This document shows, one piece after another, positions 61,496 through 64,000 of a stretch of 64,000 bases of DNA. Position 1 is the first letter of the stretch, and the number at the start of each line of letters is the position of its first letter. The DNA lies in the NCBI GenBank assembly GCA_963662545.2, contig CAXXLL010000003.1, forward strand, positions 544,001 through 608,000, in the 5' to 3' direction. The position numbers and the translations under genes were made by a program. The DNA comes from Gammaproteobacteria bacterium (GTDB taxonomy: Bacteria; Pseudomonadota; Gammaproteobacteria; Ga0077536). The notes beneath the pieces were generated by a model that was given only the letters and a program-made list of their open reading frames with translations, was not told the origin of the DNA and made no database searches.

Positions 61496-63397
61496 AAGAT
61501 TATCGGGAAAGATCTCGATGTCGCTTGAAGCCCGCAGAGACTCCAGAAACTCCTGCCAGATCGCGTTCGTGCGCGCGCTGATCAGTTCTTGTTTAACGTC
61601 GGCAATGTCGAGCCCGTCGAGTTCGTCGACGTTCGGCGTGACCACATTTGCGATGCGGATCACGGCATAGTCGCCGCGGCCGATAGGAGTTCCAATGAAT
61701 ACCGGCTCGCCTCCGGGCACTTCCGTAGCGAACGCAGCGCGCAGCACGGCGCGGTTAACGTCGCTCGAATTCCGCATCGCGGCCTCCGTATGCTCCCAGC
61801 CGAATCCGGGACTCTGCACCACGTCCGCCACGGTCTCGCCGCCACTCAGGCGCGTGATCATGTCCTTACCGGCGGCTTCCGCACGCCCGCGCATGCGCTC
61901 GTCCTCCAACGCCGCAGTCACGTCCTCTTTGATTTCGGCGAGCGGCGGTATGACGGACGGCATGTGTTCGACCAGCCGAATCGCCACGACGCGGCCGTCG
62001 TCCAGTTCGACCGGTAGGCTGTTCAAGCCCTCCAGCAGCACCTCCGGTTCAAAGGCAACTGCCGCTAGCCGCCCCGCAAAACTAATCGCGATCTCCGATT
62101 GGCTCAGCGCATCGGTCCGCTGGACCACCAGTGACAGGGCCTCGGCCGCGACTTCCAGGCTGTCGGGATGCTCGTAAACCAGATCCGAAAACTGTTCCGC
62201 CTGGTCGATGAACAGCGTTTGAGCTTGATGGCTACGGTAAGCCTCTTCGACCTCTTCTGCGATCTCACCGAACGGCTGCAACCCGCCCGGCTTAATCTCC
62301 TTGAGCTTCATGACGTGGTAACCGAATTTAGTACGTATCGGTTCACTGATGTCGCCGACCTCGAGCAAGAACGCGGCCTCTTCGAACTGGGGTGCCATAA
62401 CCCCGCGCGGAAAAAGGCCGGTTTCGCCGCCTTCGGTTTTGGACCCTGTGTCGTCGGATATTTCCTGCGCCAGTTCCTCGAAGGATTCACCGGCTTCCGC
62501 GCGTTCGCGTGCCACTTCAATCTTTATTCGCGCGGCCAGATCCGCGTCCACGTCAGCGCTTTGCGGAACCTGAATGAGAATATGGTTGACGTTTCGGTGC
62601 TCGACTTCCGTGTAATCGGCCTCGTTTTGTTCGTAATAGGCACGTAGAAGCTTATCGGATACGGCCACCTCACTGATGAGCGCGGCCGGAGAAATTTCCA
62701 GATATTCGAACACCGCTTTTTCAAGGGTACGGTACTGCTCGCGGTGTTTATCGAAATACGCTTCGATTTCGTCTTCGCTCAAGCTTATCTCGTCTTCGAA
62801 TCCCGTCGCGGGAATGATCGCATACCCGATATCGCGCTTTTGCTTTCGCAGCATTTCAACTTGCTGTGCTTCTTCGGTGGTTACGAACTCCGACGCCGCG
62901 AGACCTGCTCGTAGCTGCGCTGCTTCCAAATCGCGACGCATTTTTTCTTCGAAGGCGAGTTCGTCGAATCCGAGTATCGGTAGGCGCTGTTGGTACAGGC
63001 GTTTCGAAAATCCATTCTCATCCTGGAAAGTTGGAATTTTTTGAATCTGGCGAGCAACCTGCGCATCACTGATTCGAATTCGCGAATCTGCAATTAGCTG
63101 ATCGACGAGCAGGCCGTTGACCAATTCGTCCAAGGCACGTTGCTTAACGACGTCGCTGCCCCAATCGGCGGAATCAAAAGAGTCTCCTAGCAGCGACTGC
63201 GCTTGCCTTCGGAGGCGCTGCAGTGAATTTTGAAACTCCCGCAAGTCAATTTCTTCGCCACCTACCTCAGCCACTATGACGCGCGCGCTCGAGTTGATGT
63301 ATTCCTGCACGCCGAATAGTGCAAACGTCAGCGAGATCAGTAAAACGATGAAACCGACGATAAGCCCCTGCGATCGATCACGAATGGCTTGCAACAT
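61493..63397 (-). CDS. ppiD: PpiD periplasmic chaperone (SurA N-terminal plus parvulin domain)
   Basis: MLQAIRD + TM anchor, HILI, FEELAQEISDD.GS...GG..G, FEEAAF, TKFGYHV; hupB-tRNA-ppiD synteny. Confidence 0.9.
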   Translation of the reverse strand: MLQAIRDRSQGLIVGFIVLLISLTFALFGVQEYINSSARVIVAEVGGEEIDLREFQNSLQRLRRQAQSLLGDSFDSADWGSDVVKQRALDELVNGLLVDQLIADSRIRISDAQVARQIQKIPTFQDENGFSKRLYQQRLPILGFDELAFEEKMRRDLEAAQLRAGLAASEFVTTEEAQQVEMLRKQKRDIGYAIIPATGFEDEISLSEDEIEAYFDKHREQYRTLEKAVFEYLEISPAALISEVAVSDKLLRAYYEQNEADYTEVEHRNVNHILIQVPQSADVDADLAARIKIEVARERAEAGESFEELAQEISDDTGSKTEGGETGLFPRGVMAPQFEEAAFLLEVGDISEPIRTKFGYHVMKLKEIKPGGLQPFGEIAEEVEEAYRSHQAQTLFIDQAEQFSDLVYEHPDSLEVAAEALSLVVQRTDALSQSEIAISFAGRLAAVAFEPEVLLEGLNSLPVELDDGRVVAIRLVEHMPSVIPPLAEIKEDVTAALEDERMRGRAEAAGKDMITRLSGGETVADVVQSPGFGWEHTEAAMRNSSDVNRAVLRAAFATEVPGGEPVFIGTPIGRGDYAVIRIANVVTPNVDELDGLDIADVKQELISARTNAIWQEFLESLRASSDIEIFPDNL

Positions 63398-63464
63398 AAG
63401 AAACGACTCCCAGGATGCTTCGCAGTATAGTTTCTCGATCAGTCGCGGCGCTTGCCCCGACAGC

Positions 63465-63493
63465 AAAAAGGGCGCACCGCACGGTGCGCCCTT
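63465..63493 (-). terminator. Rho-independent terminator after tRNA-Asp
   Basis: GGGCGCACC..GGTGCGCCC stem followed by TTTTT on the minus strand. Confidence 0.8.
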
Positions 63494-63516
63494 GTTCGTT
63501 CATTTCTCATTGAATC

Positions 63517-63593
63517 TGGCGGAGTGGACGGGACTCGAACCCGCGACCCCCGGCGTGACAGGCCGGTATTCTAACCAACTGAACTACCACTCC
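63517..63593 (-). tRNA. tRNA-Asp(GTC)
   Basis: GGAGTGGTAGTTCAGTTGGTTAGAATACCGGCCTGTCACGCCGG...GGTTCGAGTCCC...CCA; 77 nt. Confidence 0.97.
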
Positions 63594-63605
63594 TGTGGTC
63601 ACCGC

Positions 63606-63681
63606 TGGTGGGTGCTGAGGGGATCGAACCCCCGACCTTCGCCTTGTAAGGGCGACGCTCTCCCAGCTGAGCTAAGCACCC
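63606..63681 (-). tRNA. tRNA-Val(TAC)
   Basis: GGGTGCTTAGCTCAGCTGGGAGAGCGTCGCCCTTACAAGGCGA...GGTTCGATCCC...CCA; 76 nt. Confidence 0.97.
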
Positions 63682-63710
63682 TGTACGCGTTACGTGTTTC
63701 GGGAGGCGCG

Positions 63711-63983
63711 CTAGTTTACGGCATCCTTCAAGGCTTTGCCAGGTTTGAACGCAGGTACGTTGGAGGCCTTAATTTGAATCGGTTCACCAGTTTGCGGATT
63801 GCGTCCGATGCGCGCTGCGCGGTGTCGAACGGTAAACGTGCCGAACCCCACAAGCGTTACTTGTTCATTTTTCTTGAGCGAGTTTGCGATGTTATCGATA
63901 ACCGCATCAACAGCTCTCGTCGCTGCAGCTTTCGAAATCTCTGAGGCTTCAGCAACGGCATCTATCAGCTCAGCTTTGTTCAT
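63711..63983 (-). CDS. hupB: DNA-binding protein HU-beta
   Basis: [40 protein letters not shown]; AAGGGG RBS. Confidence 0.95.
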   Translation of the reverse strand: MNKAELIDAVAEASEISKAAATRAVDAVIDNIANSLKKNEQVTLVGFGTFTVRHRAARIGRNPQTGEPIQIKASNVPAFKPGKALKDAVN

Positions 63984-64000
63984 CAGCGATGTCCCCTTTA

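Noticed and set aside
1-64000. CRISPR array, prophage, IS transposase, rRNA or riboswitch
   Set aside because: No regularly spaced direct repeats, phage or transposase ORFs, or recognisable rRNA or riboswitch consensus seen

Overview
A GC-rich proteobacterial chromosome segment, most consistent with a basal Gammaproteobacterium. It is dominated by housekeeping genes: the pgi 3' end, a Ser/Thr kinase with a cNMP-binding domain, SCO-PCuAC-psd, a complete 14-gene nuoA-N operon behind tpiA-secG-tRNA-Leu, yciO-S2P-trpS-scpAB-rluB, bolA-DNA methyltransferase-dapE, aceBA, clpSA, argEA, ilvD, a lytic transglycosylase, a VKOR-thioredoxin fusion, an orphan lpxD, HMG-CoA lyase, gor, an LLM oxidoreductase, MATE, a peptide-type ABC operon, fabI, a DAACS symporter, ppiD, tRNA-Asp, tRNA-Val and hupB. 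I saw no prophage, transposase, CRISPR array or rRNA. Four things are not captured by the ORF track. (1) An exported peroxiredoxin is split in two because its peroxidatic residue is an in-frame TGA followed by a SECIS-like hairpin, so it is probably a selenoprotein (46797-47351). (2) The beta-oxidation genes fadI/fadJ sit inside the ABC transporter operon, with fadJ overlapping the ATPase start. (3) Many spacers hold palindromic MITE/REP-like elements ending in CTAG/TTAA/CTAA, often at stop codons, and three ~165-bp elements with unrelated ends share one internal core. (4) A 43-bp near-perfect palindrome pairs the end of fabI with the start codons of the next gene. All product calls come from motif recognition by eye; no database searches were run.
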